A stretch of DNA of 62,287 nt, counting the filler. It is 7 parts of 7 records of this genome, joined end to end, with 100 filler letters (N's around TTAATTAATTAA, not from the genome) between each part and the next. Parts side by side here need not be neighbours in the genome. Positions count along the whole stretch, not along the records: positions 1 to 9,564 come from SRR31156797_44591; positions 9,665 to 15,123 come from SRR31156797_44633; positions 15,224 to 25,770 come from SRR31156797_44642; 4 more parts are not named here. The stretch is one strand, 5' to 3'. Positions 9,258 through 19,332 of this stretch are shown here, one piece after another; the first letter of the stretch is position 1; each line of letters begins with the position of its first letter. The position numbers and the translations under genes were made by a program. Below the pieces are notes generated by a model. The model did no database searches and was not told the DNA's origin. It saw only the letters and a program-made list of their open reading frames with translations.

Positions 9258-9564
9258 ATGTCAGAATCCTCTGATTTAAAAAATACCGACAAAGGCTGTT
9301 ATACGGATCACGGGGTCAGCGGTTACGGCGTGGCTGTCCGTTTGACCTGTAAACATCCCATGCCCGAAAAACAGGTCAAGGAAATGGCAGAGGGCATGAT
9401 GATGTCCATTGCGGAAAAATGCATGGATCTGGGGGCACGCGCCATCGGACACATCAAGAGTCATATCCGGACGGATTGCGGCAGCATTAAGGCGGATACC
9501 ATCGGGACCTCCCACGGCAGTTACTCCAGCGGAAAACTGGAGCATCCGGTGAAAGACCTCTATG
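9258..9564 (+). CDS. hypothetical CobW-associated protein (3' truncated by contig end)
   Basis: Closely follows the GTPase gene; IGHIKS motif; runs into linker. Confidence 0.7.
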
Positions 9565-9664
9565 NNNNNNNNNNNNNNNNNNNNNNNNNNNNNNNNNNNN
9601 NNNNNNNNTTAATTAATTAANNNNNNNNNNNNNNNNNNNNNNNNNNNNNNNNNNNNNNNNNNNN
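9565..9664. other. artificial contig linker N44-TTAATTAATTAA-N44
   Basis: Six-frame stop spacer; base composition changes abruptly across it. Confidence 0.98.
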
Positions 9665-9707
9665 AGCGAAGAGATGTATTAAAAAGAAACTAAATTTTAT
9701 ATAGCAT

Positions 9708-9742
9708 AACAAGTTGAAGCTTTTATAAAACCTCAACTTGTT
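9708..9742 (-). terminator. long hairpin downstream of TPR gene
   Basis: AACAAGTTGA…TCAACTTGTT inverted repeat. Confidence 0.5.
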
Positions 9743-9755
9743 CTAATTATATATT

Positions 9756-12584
9756 TTATTTCTTAAAAAATTCTGCGTATTTTTTACTACTATCATTATC
9801 TGTTTCTTTTAATATTACATAAAAATTCTCAGCAATTACCATATTTTCCTGATTTATATAATAAGCAAGAAGCTTCTCTGTAATATACGAATAATCAGAC
9901 CCTGATTTATATGCATCAAAATATTCATGATAATTAAGAACAGCTTTATCAAGATCTCCTATACTCTCGTATAGTTCACCTAGTTTTACTAAAACTAAGT
10001 CTTGAAAATCACTATCAGTATATAGTAGTTTTATTCTTAAGTAAGCAGAAATTGCTTTCTTTTGATTTCCCTCTACTTCATAAATTTCACCGATTCTAAA
10101 TTGAGCTTTATCTTTTACCTGACTAACTTCTGATTTCACTACAACACTATAATGCGTCATTGCATTTTTATAGTCTTGCTTTTGATAATAATAATTACCT
10201 AAATTATAATTAGCCAAATCTCCATACTTATCATTTTTAACTAATTTTAAGTACTCTTTTGAAGCAAGTTCAACATTACCTGCTTTTTCATATATTAATC
10301 CTTTATATAAAGTTTTATATGATTTATCTTTTACTTTATCATTCCAAGTTAATGCATTTTGAGTATCTCCAGTTTCATAATAAAGCTCCATTACTTTCTT
10401 AGCAGTGCTCTCTTTTTTTCTCGGATCAGTTGAGCTTGCATAAATATCCTCATACTCTTTGATCGCTTCCTCTGCTCTGTTAAGAGTTAAGAAGATACTT
10501 GCTTTAACGTATGAAAGATCCTCTTTGTATTCACTTTTAGGGAATTCTGTTTCGAAGTCAGTAATTTTATCTACTGTTATTTCATAATCTTTATTTATAT
10601 AACCAATATTGATTAACCAATAGTTTGCGCTCTCCCTTAACTCTTTATTATTAGTTGTTGCAATTGTATTTTCATAATACTTTTTAGCATTTACATAATC
10701 TTTTTCATTGTAGTATGTCTCAGCTATCATAAAGTTAGAATTATCTTTGTACTCTTCTTGTTTCGCAAGCTTTAAGTACACGTTTCTTGCTGAGCCATAT
10801 TGTTTAAGTCTAAAGTACGCTATTGCTTTACTTCTCTCTACTTCTATTTTATTTAGCGTATAATTATTCTTTTCATATTTTTCTGCTGTGTTAATAAGTT
10901 TATCATATTTTTGAGAAGTTAAGTATGTTTCAATAAGTTTAACTGTTGCTTTTTCCTTATCCTCTTTATTTAACTCATCTTGCTTGGTTAAATAAAGAAA
11001 CGCTTTTTCAGCTTCATTAAAATCTGCCACACCTAAACTTGCTATACCTTTAATATAGATATTTTCATTTGTTGGATCTTGTTTATCGATATAGACTAAT
11101 AACTCTTCATAACTTCCTTTTATTAATAAAACTGTAATTAAATTCTCAATTATTAATGAATCCTCTTGTTTTTTAAGGAATCTTTTATAAATCTCTTCTC
11201 CCTTATTTAGATCATTATTTTGAACATAAAGATTACCTACGATTACATAGATATCTTTTTTATATTTTCTATCTTCTGGGAATTTATTGTTATACTCGTT
11301 ATATAATTTACCTAATTCATCTAAATCAGCTAATTTTGAGTTTACCAACACTAGTTTATACAAATTAATCAGATTAGAATTCGCTGCATATACTTTTCTA
11401 TAGTATCTTCTTGCTAACGAATAATCTTTTTGTTGATAAGCTGATTCAGATAAAAACAGATTAAGATCATCAGAGTATTTTATTTCTTCTCCATTTTTAT
11501 CATAACCTTTTAAAACAGAAACAACTTCTGCATAATTTGCATTTTCATATTCTAGGAAAGATGTATAATATAAATATTCATTTTTATATTTTGTTCCATT
11601 TAGTTTCTTAAAGCTTTCAAGTGCTTTATCTTTTTTCTTATTAGAAAGTAAAACTACTGAATATTTGAATCTAATATCTTCATCTTCTTTTTTAGCTAAT
11701 ATTGCTGAATAATATTTCTCAGCATTATCATAATCACGCGCATCAGAAAAATGATCTGCTGCTAAAGTAAAAGCGAATTTTTCATATTTTGAATTTTCTA
11801 ATTTATTCACATATTTAACAAACTCATCATAATCTTTTATCTCTTTATAAACCAGCATTAGGTCTCTAAGAGTTTCAGGATAGTATAAGCTGTCTTTGTA
11901 ATCATTTTCAACAATCAGATAATAATCTATTGCTCCTATCAATTCTTCATTCTCTTTGTAAGAAACACCTAACAGGTAGTTCACTCTTGCTGTATTTTCG
12001 TCTGTTTTTTTATTAAACACCAGAAACTCTTCTAAATAAACTATTGCTTTAAAATAGTCTTGTCTGTTATATGAAATAATTCCTAAATTTAATAATGACT
12101 GTATTTTATTTTTCCCGTTTAATGAAACTGCGGATTTAAAATATTTTTCTGCCTTTATCAGATTATTTTTCTTATAAAAATATTGCGCCATATCATATGT
12201 TGCTACTTCTCTATAGTTTGAATTTCTGCTTATTCCTCTAAACTGTTTTTCAGCCAGCTCTCCTCTAGCTGTTTTCAGGTAGATCTGAACTAAATAAAAA
12301 TAAGCTCTATCTGAAAAATCTGTATTTAATAATTTCTTATAGTTTTTTTCTGCTTCTGGTAGTTTCGCTTCAATATAATAGCTATTCGCAAGAAGGTAAA
12401 TAGCCGTATCATAATATCTGGAATTAGGGTATTTAATCAAGAAACTTTCTAACTCCTCTACCGACATATCATAGTATTTATTTTCATATAGTTTTTGAAT
12501 ATATTTAATATCTTCTCTATCATCAGAATAAGTATTTAACACTAATGCTGAAAATAACACTGCTAGTATATATTTTTTCTTCAT
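9756..12584 (-). CDS. exported tetratricopeptide repeat protein
   Basis: Signal peptide; repeated A.Y.LG..Y…A…Y helical repeats over 942 aa. Confidence 0.85.
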   Translation of the reverse strand: MKKKYILAVLFSALVLNTYSDDREDIKYIQKLYENKYYDMSVEELESFLIKYPNSRYYDTAIYLLANSYYIEAKLPEAEKNYKKLLNTDFSDRAYFYLVQIYLKTARGELAEKQFRGISRNSNYREVATYDMAQYFYKKNNLIKAEKYFKSAVSLNGKNKIQSLLNLGIISYNRQDYFKAIVYLEEFLVFNKKTDENTARVNYLLGVSYKENEELIGAIDYYLIVENDYKDSLYYPETLRDLMLVYKEIKDYDEFVKYVNKLENSKYEKFAFTLAADHFSDARDYDNAEKYYSAILAKKEDEDIRFKYSVVLLSNKKKDKALESFKKLNGTKYKNEYLYYTSFLEYENANYAEVVSVLKGYDKNGEEIKYSDDLNLFLSESAYQQKDYSLARRYYRKVYAANSNLINLYKLVLVNSKLADLDELGKLYNEYNNKFPEDRKYKKDIYVIVGNLYVQNNDLNKGEEIYKRFLKKQEDSLIIENLITVLLIKGSYEELLVYIDKQDPTNENIYIKGIASLGVADFNEAEKAFLYLTKQDELNKEDKEKATVKLIETYLTSQKYDKLINTAEKYEKNNYTLNKIEVERSKAIAYFRLKQYGSARNVYLKLAKQEEYKDNSNFMIAETYYNEKDYVNAKKYYENTIATTNNKELRESANYWLINIGYINKDYEITVDKITDFETEFPKSEYKEDLSYVKASIFLTLNRAEEAIKEYEDIYASSTDPRKKESTAKKVMELYYETGDTQNALTWNDKVKDKSYKTLYKGLIYEKAGNVELASKEYLKLVKNDKYGDLANYNLGNYYYQKQDYKNAMTHYSVVVKSEVSQVKDKAQFRIGEIYEVEGNQKKAISAYLRIKLLYTDSDFQDLVLVKLGELYESIGDLDKAVLNYHEYFDAYKSGSDYSYITEKLLAYYINQENMVIAENFYVILKETDNDSSKKYAEFFKK

Positions 12585-12585
12585 C

Positions 12586-13146
12586 TTATGAATTTCTCCC
12601 CTTTCCCGTTATACTCAACTTTCCCAATGTTTCTTTAATCTGCTCAATGCTTACATCAGTATTTACACAAGGGCCGTTTACCCTGTCATTAAAGACACCG
12701 AAAACTCTTAAAGGAAAAGCATCATATATTCCGGAAACCAAATCTCTCTCACATGCTACAGCTATAACCACTTTTGGTCTATTCTCTTTTAGATAAAGCC
12801 TTGCTAATGTTCCCCCTGTAGCAATTTTAACTTTTACTCCAAACTCATCTTTTATTTTCTTAAAATCTTCTATTTTACACTTACCGCACATTCTGCAATT
12901 CTCTATTTCTGATGTCACTTTAAACGGACAATCATAATTTTGAATACAGTGCGGAAGCAATATTACTACTCGTTCCGAAGGTATTTCCTTATTTTTTAGT
13001 TCGTTTAGAATTCTTTTATTATTATATTTAATAAAAGACTCTGATATATTTGAATTTATATTCTGGTCATTTTTCCACCGTCTCTTAATTAGTACTAATA
13101 AATACAGGACACTATAGATTAATTTATAGTAAAATATTTTAAGCAT
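12586..13146 (-). CDS. DUF116 domain Cys-rich protein
   Basis: LLPHC, CRMCGKC, GGTLAR, AVACERDL, GPCVNT motifs. Confidence 0.85.
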   Translation of the reverse strand: MLKIFYYKLIYSVLYLLVLIKRRWKNDQNINSNISESFIKYNNKRILNELKNKEIPSERVVILLPHCIQNYDCPFKVTSEIENCRMCGKCKIEDFKKIKDEFGVKVKIATGGTLARLYLKENRPKVVIAVACERDLVSGIYDAFPLRVFGVFNDRVNGPCVNTDVSIEQIKETLGKLSITGKGRNS

Positions 13147-13374
13147 TTGTACTCTCCATTTTATTTTTTTTGACTCTTTTTACATCATTTTACCATAATT
13201 AATTCATTTAATCTAGGTCATTCCATATATTAATTAAATGAACTGTCAAGTTTTGACCATTAAAATTATTTCCCAGCAAATTCTAAGCCAAAAGGCATTT
13301 CACCACTTACTATTATAAAATCTTTTTCTTAAATTTAAATTAAGCCTTTTTTATACTCAAATATATCAGTGCAA

Positions 13375-13400
13375 ATAAAAAGAGCTGTGTAAACACAGCC
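13375..13400 (-). terminator. rho-independent terminator
   Basis: GCTGTGT-AA-ACACAGC hairpin with a T-rich tail on the minus strand, after the beta-barrel gene. Confidence 0.6.
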
Positions 13401-13411
13401 CGGAATTAAAA

Positions 13412-14083
13412 TTAATATAAACTACTTCTCGCTTCTTGATTATTATTATTTCCGCCACCTTCAAACAATCTGAATTTAACCCCTATTTTAAAGTTGATTG
13501 TTTCAACATCTATATAGGTTAAATTTGTTTGTTCATCTAATTCATATCTGGAATTCGTATAACTTAATTCAAACGCCGTATCTAAATATTCAACTCCAAC
13601 TGCAAGTTCATAGAATTGCTTCCCTACAAGTGTGTAAGAGCCGTCACCAGCATCTGCCGGAGTAACCGGCAATCCTACATTAACTTGTAAATAAGGACTT
13701 GCTGACAGCGCCTCACCGTCCTGATTATACGCATCATAATTAACCTTGAACATTCCATATCCTGTTAAGTCGGTTAATAAGATATCTTCTGACAGCGCTG
13801 TTGAGGCAGCTTCTGTTGAAATAGTCATGAAACCATATTTTATCCCGCCACCAACTTCAATATTTGCTCCGGTATAAAATGAAATCTCAGCATCAAGTGC
13901 TAATTTAGTCGGAGTATCAGATTTCGTTGTTCCGTTATTAGCAGTATTTGCAGTTGTTGAGATTCTTTCGGTAATATCTTGCTTCGTGGCTATTCCACCT
14001 TTAATATTGACATTAAAGGCTAAAATATTTATCGATAATATGAGATTTAATATAAATATATACAATAATATTTTTCGTTTCAT
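13412..14083 (-). CDS. putative outer-membrane beta-barrel protein
   Basis: Signal peptide; alternating amphipathic strands; INFKIGVKF near the C-terminus; RBS GAGGG before ATG 14083. Confidence 0.6.
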   Translation of the reverse strand: MKRKILLYIFILNLILSINILAFNVNIKGGIATKQDITERISTTANTANNGTTKSDTPTKLALDAEISFYTGANIEVGGGIKYGFMTISTEAASTALSEDILLTDLTGYGMFKVNYDAYNQDGEALSASPYLQVNVGLPVTPADAGDGSYTLVGKQFYELAVGVEYLDTAFELSYTNSRYELDEQTNLTYIDVETINFKIGVKFRLFEGGGNNNNQEARSSLY

Positions 14084-14164
14084 AATTATCCCTCTCTTTT
14101 TTAAAAAATTCATTTTCAATATAATTATCGACAATTATAAGAGAAATTTTAGTAATTCTTTAAA

Positions 14165-14196
14165 TATAAAAACTCGGACTTAGCCGAGTTTTTATA
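14165..14196. terminator. bidirectional rho-independent terminator after glgB
   Basis: TATAAAAACTCGG-N6-CCGAGTTTTTATA perfect 13-bp inverted repeat. Confidence 0.8.
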
Positions 14197-14219
14197 TTAT
14201 TTTTCTATATTTAAATAAA

Positions 14220-15122
14220 TTATCTTTTTAGTTTAAAATATACACCAGCTAAAGGTGGAATATTAATACTAATTGAATGATTTCTACCATGAATAGGAAT
14301 TGCCTCAGAATGAATTCCGCCAAGATTTCCTACGTTTGAGCCATTAAATATTTCTGAATCACTATTTAATACTTCAATATAATATCCCGGTTCAGGTACT
14401 CCGATTCTATATTCATTTTGCACATTTGGTGTAAAATTAAATACACAAATCATTTTTTCAAATCCATTTTTAGATTTTCTTATAAATGAAATTATACTGT
14501 TATCAGAATCATTGAAATCAATCCATTCGAAACCTTCATAACTGAAGTCAATTTCCCAAAGTGATTTATTTTCTTTATAAACACCATTTAATGTTCTTAC
14601 GAAATCCGATAATTTCTGATGTGGATCTAATCCTTTTAAATGCCAATCTAAACTCTGACCGGAATTCCATTCATTCCATTGACCAAATTCAGAGCCCATG
14701 AAAAATAGTTTTTTCCCGGGATGTGCAAATGCATATGAGTAGAATAATCTTACATTTGCAAATTTTTGCCAGTCATCACCAGGCATTTTATTAATTAGTG
14801 ATCCTTTTCCATGAACGACTTCATCATGTGAGATAACTAATTTAAAGTTTTCTGAAAAAGCATATATCATTGAGAAAGTTAAATCTCCTTGATGATACTT
14901 TCTATAAACAGGATCTTTTGAAATATATTCTAAAGTATCATTCATCCATCCCATGTTCCATTTAAGAGAAAATCCTAATCCTCCTAAATATGCTGGTTTA
15001 GTTACAGCTGGGAAAGAAGTTGATTCTTCTGCTATTGTTAATATTCCCGGATAATATTGATGTGCAACTGAATTGAAATATTTCAGGAACTCTATTGCTT
15101 CAAGGTTTTCTCTTCCACCAAA
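14220..15122 (-). CDS. glgB: 1,4-alpha-glucan branching enzyme, 5' truncated
   Basis: [44 protein letters not shown] motifs; frame open to the contig end. Confidence 0.95.
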   Translation of the reverse strand, partial: FGGRENLEAIEFLKYFNSVAHQYYPGILTIAEESTSFPAVTKPAYLGGLGFSLKWNMGWMNDTLEYISKDPVYRKYHQGDLTFSMIYAFSENFKLVISHDEVVHGKGSLINKMPGDDWQKFANVRLFYSYAFAHPGKKLFFMGSEFGQWNEWNSGQSLDWHLKGLDPHQKLSDFVRTLNGVYKENKSLWEIDFSYEGFEWIDFNDSDNSIISFIRKSKNGFEKMICVFNFTPNVQNEYRIGVPEPGYYIEVLNSDSEIFNGSNVGNLGGIHSEAIPIHGRNHSISINIPPLAGVYFKLKR

Positions 15123-15123
15123 T

Positions 15124-15223
15124 NNNNNNNNNNNNNNNNNNNNNNNNNNNNNNNNNNNNNNNNNNNNTTAATTAATTAANNNNNNNNNNNNNNNNNNNNN
15201 NNNNNNNNNNNNNNNNNNNNNNN
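15124..15223. other. artificial contig linker
   Basis: N44-TTAATTAATTAA-N44. Confidence 0.98.
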
Positions 15224-15739
15224 TTTCACTGCGGCCTCTTCTATGTTGTTCTGATTTATACTTTTGATATCGATCAGTTGTCGGGCAAACATATCACGCA
15301 CCAACTCGGCTTGCCCCACGGCCGCCCCGACGGTCGTTTCCATATAGATCAGCGTTTCCTTCCTCAGTCTTTCGATATTTACATAGGTTAAAAAAGCCTT
15401 TAAATATTCCACAACCTTTCTCTCTACCAAAACAAGCTGGTCAATATCCGCTCTAGCCTCAAATCGTTTTTTCAGGTTTCTGGACTGGAGCCGTAAACCC
15501 GCAATTTGCGTCAGAACAGCAGTAATGGTTGCATCAGTTTCGTTTTGGATAAAATCTTTTTCATCCAGCCGTGCCTGCAATATGCCGGCAATTAACACGT
15601 TTAGGGCATCGACCTTTTCGATCCGGCCGATGGCATCGGCCATCACGTTACGGCCTATAAACGTGACTAACAGTAGCAAAAGCATGACAAATAGAAAGCT
15701 CACCAGAACGCGCGTACCCAATCTGACCTGGCTAAGCAT
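15224..15739 (-). CDS. membrane sensor (MCP or histidine kinase) N-terminus with helical periplasmic domain, 3' truncated
   Basis: RLGTRVLVSF + TM helix, LQARLDEKDF pattern typical of HBM/4HB sensors. Confidence 0.65.
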
Positions 15740-15773
15740 GCCTGCCTCCAATGAATCTATTGAAACCGTCCGA

Positions 15774-17177
15774 CTAACGGTTAGAGAATCTAGAAAGATT
15801 ATACTTTTTTAGCAAACCGTATAAACGCGCCTGGGAAAGCCCGGAAATCCAGCCCGCCTTGCGCCGGTCACCCCGCGATTTCTGCAGAAGCATCCGCAGA
15901 TAATTTTCTTCAAACCTGGCCCGGTACTCGGCCAAGGTCGGAAAACTATCTCCTATGGGGTTTGTAGCGACGAAAGGCTTGTCCGCTTTATCCTCTGGCT
16001 CCGGACCGGATCGCAAATGTGTCATTCGATATTCGGGGGGTAGGTGTTTGGGATACAGGACCTGATCATTTTTGGCCGAGGCCATGGCATATTCCAGGAT
16101 ATTAATGAGTTCGCGCACATTGCCGTGTAATGGCTGGGCGTATAAAACTTCTAAAAAATCTGGGGAAAGGCCTTTGATTCCCACACCGTAGCGCCGGCCG
16201 AGTTGGTGGATTTTATGGGTGGCGATTATAGGGATGTCTTCTTTTCTCTCCCGTAATGGCGGGACCTTGATTTCAATGGCCCGGATACGAAAGAGCAGGT
16301 CCTCTCGAAACTGGCGATTTTTCACCATTTGCAGCAGATCCTGATTAGTGGCCGCCACCAGCCGAAAATCCACCCCGATATCACGATGGCCGCCGATGGG
16401 ACGCACACGGCGTTCCTGCAGGGTTCGCAGTAGCGCTTTTTGAATATCGAGGGACAATTCACCAATTTCATCTAAAAACAGGGTTCCGGTGTCGGCCTGT
16501 CGGATGACGCCGTCGCGTTTCTTTTCCGCACCCGTGAAAGCGCCCTTTTGGTGTCCGAACAGTGTGCTTTCGGCCAGAGTATGGGGTAGAGCGCCGCAGT
16601 CCAGGACGGAAAAGGCTGCTGATTTACGTTTACTGTTGCCATGAATGGCTCTGGCCAAAAGTTCTTTACCAGTGCCGGTCTCACCGGTAATCAAAACGGC
16701 GGCATCGGTTACCGAGGCTTTGGCCACTTCTTCCAGGCAGAGCCTTATCGCCCTGGATTCCCCCAGAATTCCAAAACGATCAAGGGTCAACGGAGCGGTG
16801 GATGTCTCTTTTTGTTTCCGGTATTGCAGGGCCCTTTGTATGGGGAGAGAGACCTCGGCCAGAATAAACGGTTTGGACACATAATCCCAGGCGCCGTATT
16901 TAAATGCCAACTCCGCGCCCTGGTAACCACTGGTTCCGGTGATGATGATCACCTCTGGTTCCGACGGGGTTTTAAGCAGGTCGGGTAAAATCTGCAATCC
17001 GTCGCCTTTGGGAAATTCCAGATCCAGCAAGATCACGTCAAAGTGGTTCATGGTCGCAAGCTTCAGACCTTTTTGCAGCGTTGCGGCCGTATTGGCGTGG
17101 TGTCCCATGCCCTTTGCTAGTTTTGACAAAATCAGGCATATTTCCGGATCATCATCTATAATCAGAATTCTGGCCAT
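15774..17177 (-). CDS. NtrC-type sigma54-dependent response regulator (REC-AAA+-HTH)
   Basis: REC (IIDDD, LLDL, KP); GETGTGKE; GAFTGA; LFLDEIGEL. Confidence 0.95.
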   Translation of the reverse strand: MARILIIDDDPEICLILSKLAKGMGHHANTAATLQKGLKLATMNHFDVILLDLEFPKGDGLQILPDLLKTPSEPEVIIITGTSGYQGAELAFKYGAWDYVSKPFILAEVSLPIQRALQYRKQKETSTAPLTLDRFGILGESRAIRLCLEEVAKASVTDAAVLITGETGTGKELLARAIHGNSKRKSAAFSVLDCGALPHTLAESTLFGHQKGAFTGAEKKRDGVIRQADTGTLFLDEIGELSLDIQKALLRTLQERRVRPIGGHRDIGVDFRLVAATNQDLLQMVKNRQFREDLLFRIRAIEIKVPPLRERKEDIPIIATHKIHQLGRRYGVGIKGLSPDFLEVLYAQPLHGNVRELINILEYAMASAKNDQVLYPKHLPPEYRMTHLRSGPEPEDKADKPFVATNPIGDSFPTLAEYRARFEENYLRMLLQKSRGDRRKAGWISGLSQARLYGLLKKYNLSRFSNR

Positions 17178-17214
17178 GATGAGATCGTTTATTTATCCGG
17201 CTTCATTGGATTGC

Positions 17215-18795
17215 TCATGGCGTCATTCCCCGTTCCACTCTGGACAACAACACCTGGAACATGGTCCCCTGACCCGGTTGGCTGTCGACACTCACCGTTC
17301 CGCCCATATCTTTTATGATGCCGTGAACCATGGCCAAACCCATCCCGATACTTTCGGCCCGGTCCTTGGTGGAAAAGAACGGATCAAAAATTCGGTCGAT
17401 GATCTCCGGAGCAATGCCATGCCCGCTGTCTTTTACCGTCAAGAGGAGATATTCCCCCTGGGCAAGGTCTTTGTAACGGTTAAAGTCATCCGCGGTCAAA
17501 CTGATTTCCTCCAGGCTTATTTCCAGCAGACCGCCGTGCGGTTTCATGGCCTGGATGGCATTAGTGCAGAGGTTCATGACGACCTGATGAATCTGGGTCG
17601 CATCTCCGATGACGCTGTCCTCAACCACGTCCAGGCTTTGTTTGATTTGAAATCCGGTCGGCAGAGATGGGCTTAAAAACGTCAACACCTCCTTGATAAT
17701 CGTAACGATCCTTACCGGCTCCCTTTCTATTTCAGGCTGGCGACTGAAGGTTAATATCTGTTTGATCAGGCTTCGCCCCCGCAGGCCGGCCTGCTTAACC
17801 CCCTGTAACAGTTCATGCAGGCCGGTATCCTGGTTTGTTTCCATCAGGGCCAAATCGGCGTAACCTAAAATGGTGGACAGGATATTCTTGAAGTCATGGG
17901 CCATACCTGCGGCCATTGTTCCAACCGCTTCCAGCTTCTGGGTTCGTCTCAGTTGAGCTTCCAACTCCCGCCGTTCGGTGATGTCTTCGATAATTCCATC
18001 AAAATAGATGGTGACGCCATTCTGATCCCGAACGGCATGAGCAGTGACTGAACCGGTCATAGTCGATCCGTCGCGCCGTCTCAGGCTTAGCTCTTTGTGG
18101 CGTAGCGACCCGCAGCAGATCAATTCCTTGGTAAAGGCCCGCTGCACGGCGGCGTCCTGGTAAAGATCGTCGACCGGCGCCTGGATTATTTCTTCCATCG
18201 AGTTGTAGCCTAACATGTATACCAAAGCTTTATTGGCCATCAACAAGCGGCCGTCGGGCGAAGGCGTGATTCTGAACAGGCCCACAGGCAACTCCTCGAC
18301 AAGCCGCCGATAACGCTCTCGGCTCGCTTCCAACTCATCGGTCCGCCTTGCCACCTCCGACTCGAGACTTTTATTGTAGTTTTCCAACTGACGTTGAAGC
18401 TGCCCGATACAAAGCTGGGTCTTGACGCGGATAAGAATTTCTTCCGGATTAAAGGGCTTGGTGATAAAATCAACGCCGCCGGCCTGAAATCCTTTCACGG
18501 TATTTTCTGATTCATCCAGGGCGCTGACGAAAATAATCGGAATATCACTTGTTTTCGGATCTTTTTTAAGGATGCGACACACCTCGTAACCATCCATATC
18601 CGGCATGAGTACATCCAGCAGAATCAATTCGGGCGGCAGGGTTTTTATGGCCGTGATGGCAGTTTGGCCGTTTGGGGCTCCCCGTACGGAATACCCTTTT
18701 TCAGTCAGCAACTTTGATAATGTTTTAAGATTGTTGATGTTGTCATCAACCACCAGAATATCGCCATTGTTTTTTGGTGCGCCAAGATTTTTCAT
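17215..18795 (-). CDS. cytoplasmic hybrid histidine kinase (REC-PAS-HisKA-HATPase)
   Basis: REC N-terminus; AGMAHDFKN H-box; NLCTNA, DSGHG, GMGLA boxes. Confidence 0.93.
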   Translation of the reverse strand: MKNLGAPKNNGDILVVDDNINNLKTLSKLLTEKGYSVRGAPNGQTAITAIKTLPPELILLDVLMPDMDGYEVCRILKKDPKTSDIPIIFVSALDESENTVKGFQAGGVDFITKPFNPEEILIRVKTQLCIGQLQRQLENYNKSLESEVARRTDELEASRERYRRLVEELPVGLFRITPSPDGRLLMANKALVYMLGYNSMEEIIQAPVDDLYQDAAVQRAFTKELICCGSLRHKELSLRRRDGSTMTGSVTAHAVRDQNGVTIYFDGIIEDITERRELEAQLRRTQKLEAVGTMAAGMAHDFKNILSTILGYADLALMETNQDTGLHELLQGVKQAGLRGRSLIKQILTFSRQPEIEREPVRIVTIIKEVLTFLSPSLPTGFQIKQSLDVVEDSVIGDATQIHQVVMNLCTNAIQAMKPHGGLLEISLEEISLTADDFNRYKDLAQGEYLLLTVKDSGHGIAPEIIDRIFDPFFSTKDRAESIGMGLAMVHGIIKDMGGTVSVDSQPGQGTMFQVLLSRVERGMTP

Positions 18796-18903
18796 ATGGT
18801 TGCCGAAAGAGTAATTGATAGTGTCTGTTCGGAAAAATCAGGACGCCCAGGATAGCTTATCAGCCGACCGGCGCCATGAGTTGGGTTCAAATTGATAATC
18901 CTG

Positions 18904-18918
18904 GCAATTATAATGCCA
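18904..18918 (-). promoter_or_regulatory. sigma54 -24/-12 promoter TGGCAT-TATAA-TTGC for the kinase/regulator operon
   Basis: Exact GG-N10-GC spacing, about 110 nt upstream of ATG 18795; lies inside the 18897-18923 palindrome. Confidence 0.6.
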
Positions 18919-19112
18919 GGATTCAAAAATATCCATAACTAATATTTTTACACCAAACTAAACCGCACCACTCCGCACCGCGTTGGGGCGGTTTGGTCGC
19001 CGATCATAGGCTCACGTCGAATTTTAGTGAATGCTCCCTCCCGGTTTGAGGCGATACTGGCGTTGTTGACCTGGTTGCGTTTTCCTGATTTGGCTCTTTC
19101 TTTTCAAGGAGC

Positions 19113-19152
19113 TTCTTAAAAATAAGAATAATCGCATTCTTATTTTTGAGAA
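19113..19152. promoter_or_regulatory. 17-bp inverted repeat, candidate enhancer (UAS) or operator
   Basis: TTCTTAAAAATAAGAAT-N6-ATTCTTATTTTTGAGAA, one mismatch. Confidence 0.55.
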
Positions 19153-19235
19153 AACCACGCATAAAAAGCCCATCGCTACATATCTGTGAAAAGATAAACG
19201 TCTAATATTGAAGTAAAAAAGTGACTACCCATCAT

Positions 19236-19252
19236 CTGGCATATTTTGTGCG
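19236..19252 (+). promoter_or_regulatory. sigma54 -24/-12 promoter CTGGCATATTTTGTGC for the phosphotriesterase/ABC operon
   Basis: GG-N10-GC spacing, about 80 nt upstream of ATG 19333. Confidence 0.6.
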
Positions 19253-19332
19253 ATGATTTTTTAAGAGAATCCACAAAACAATTCAAGTGATAATTCCAAA
19301 ACGCCTTTGGGGTATCGAAAAGGAGCAGCGTA

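Noticed and set aside
9609-9620. TTAATTAATTAA repeated six times across the window
   Set aside because: Artificial stop-in-all-frames spacer, not a biological repeat or CRISPR
9756-13146. DUF116 plus large TPR protein as a defence system
   Set aside because: The TPR protein is exported and has no nuclease, NTPase or effector domain; the context looks like housekeeping
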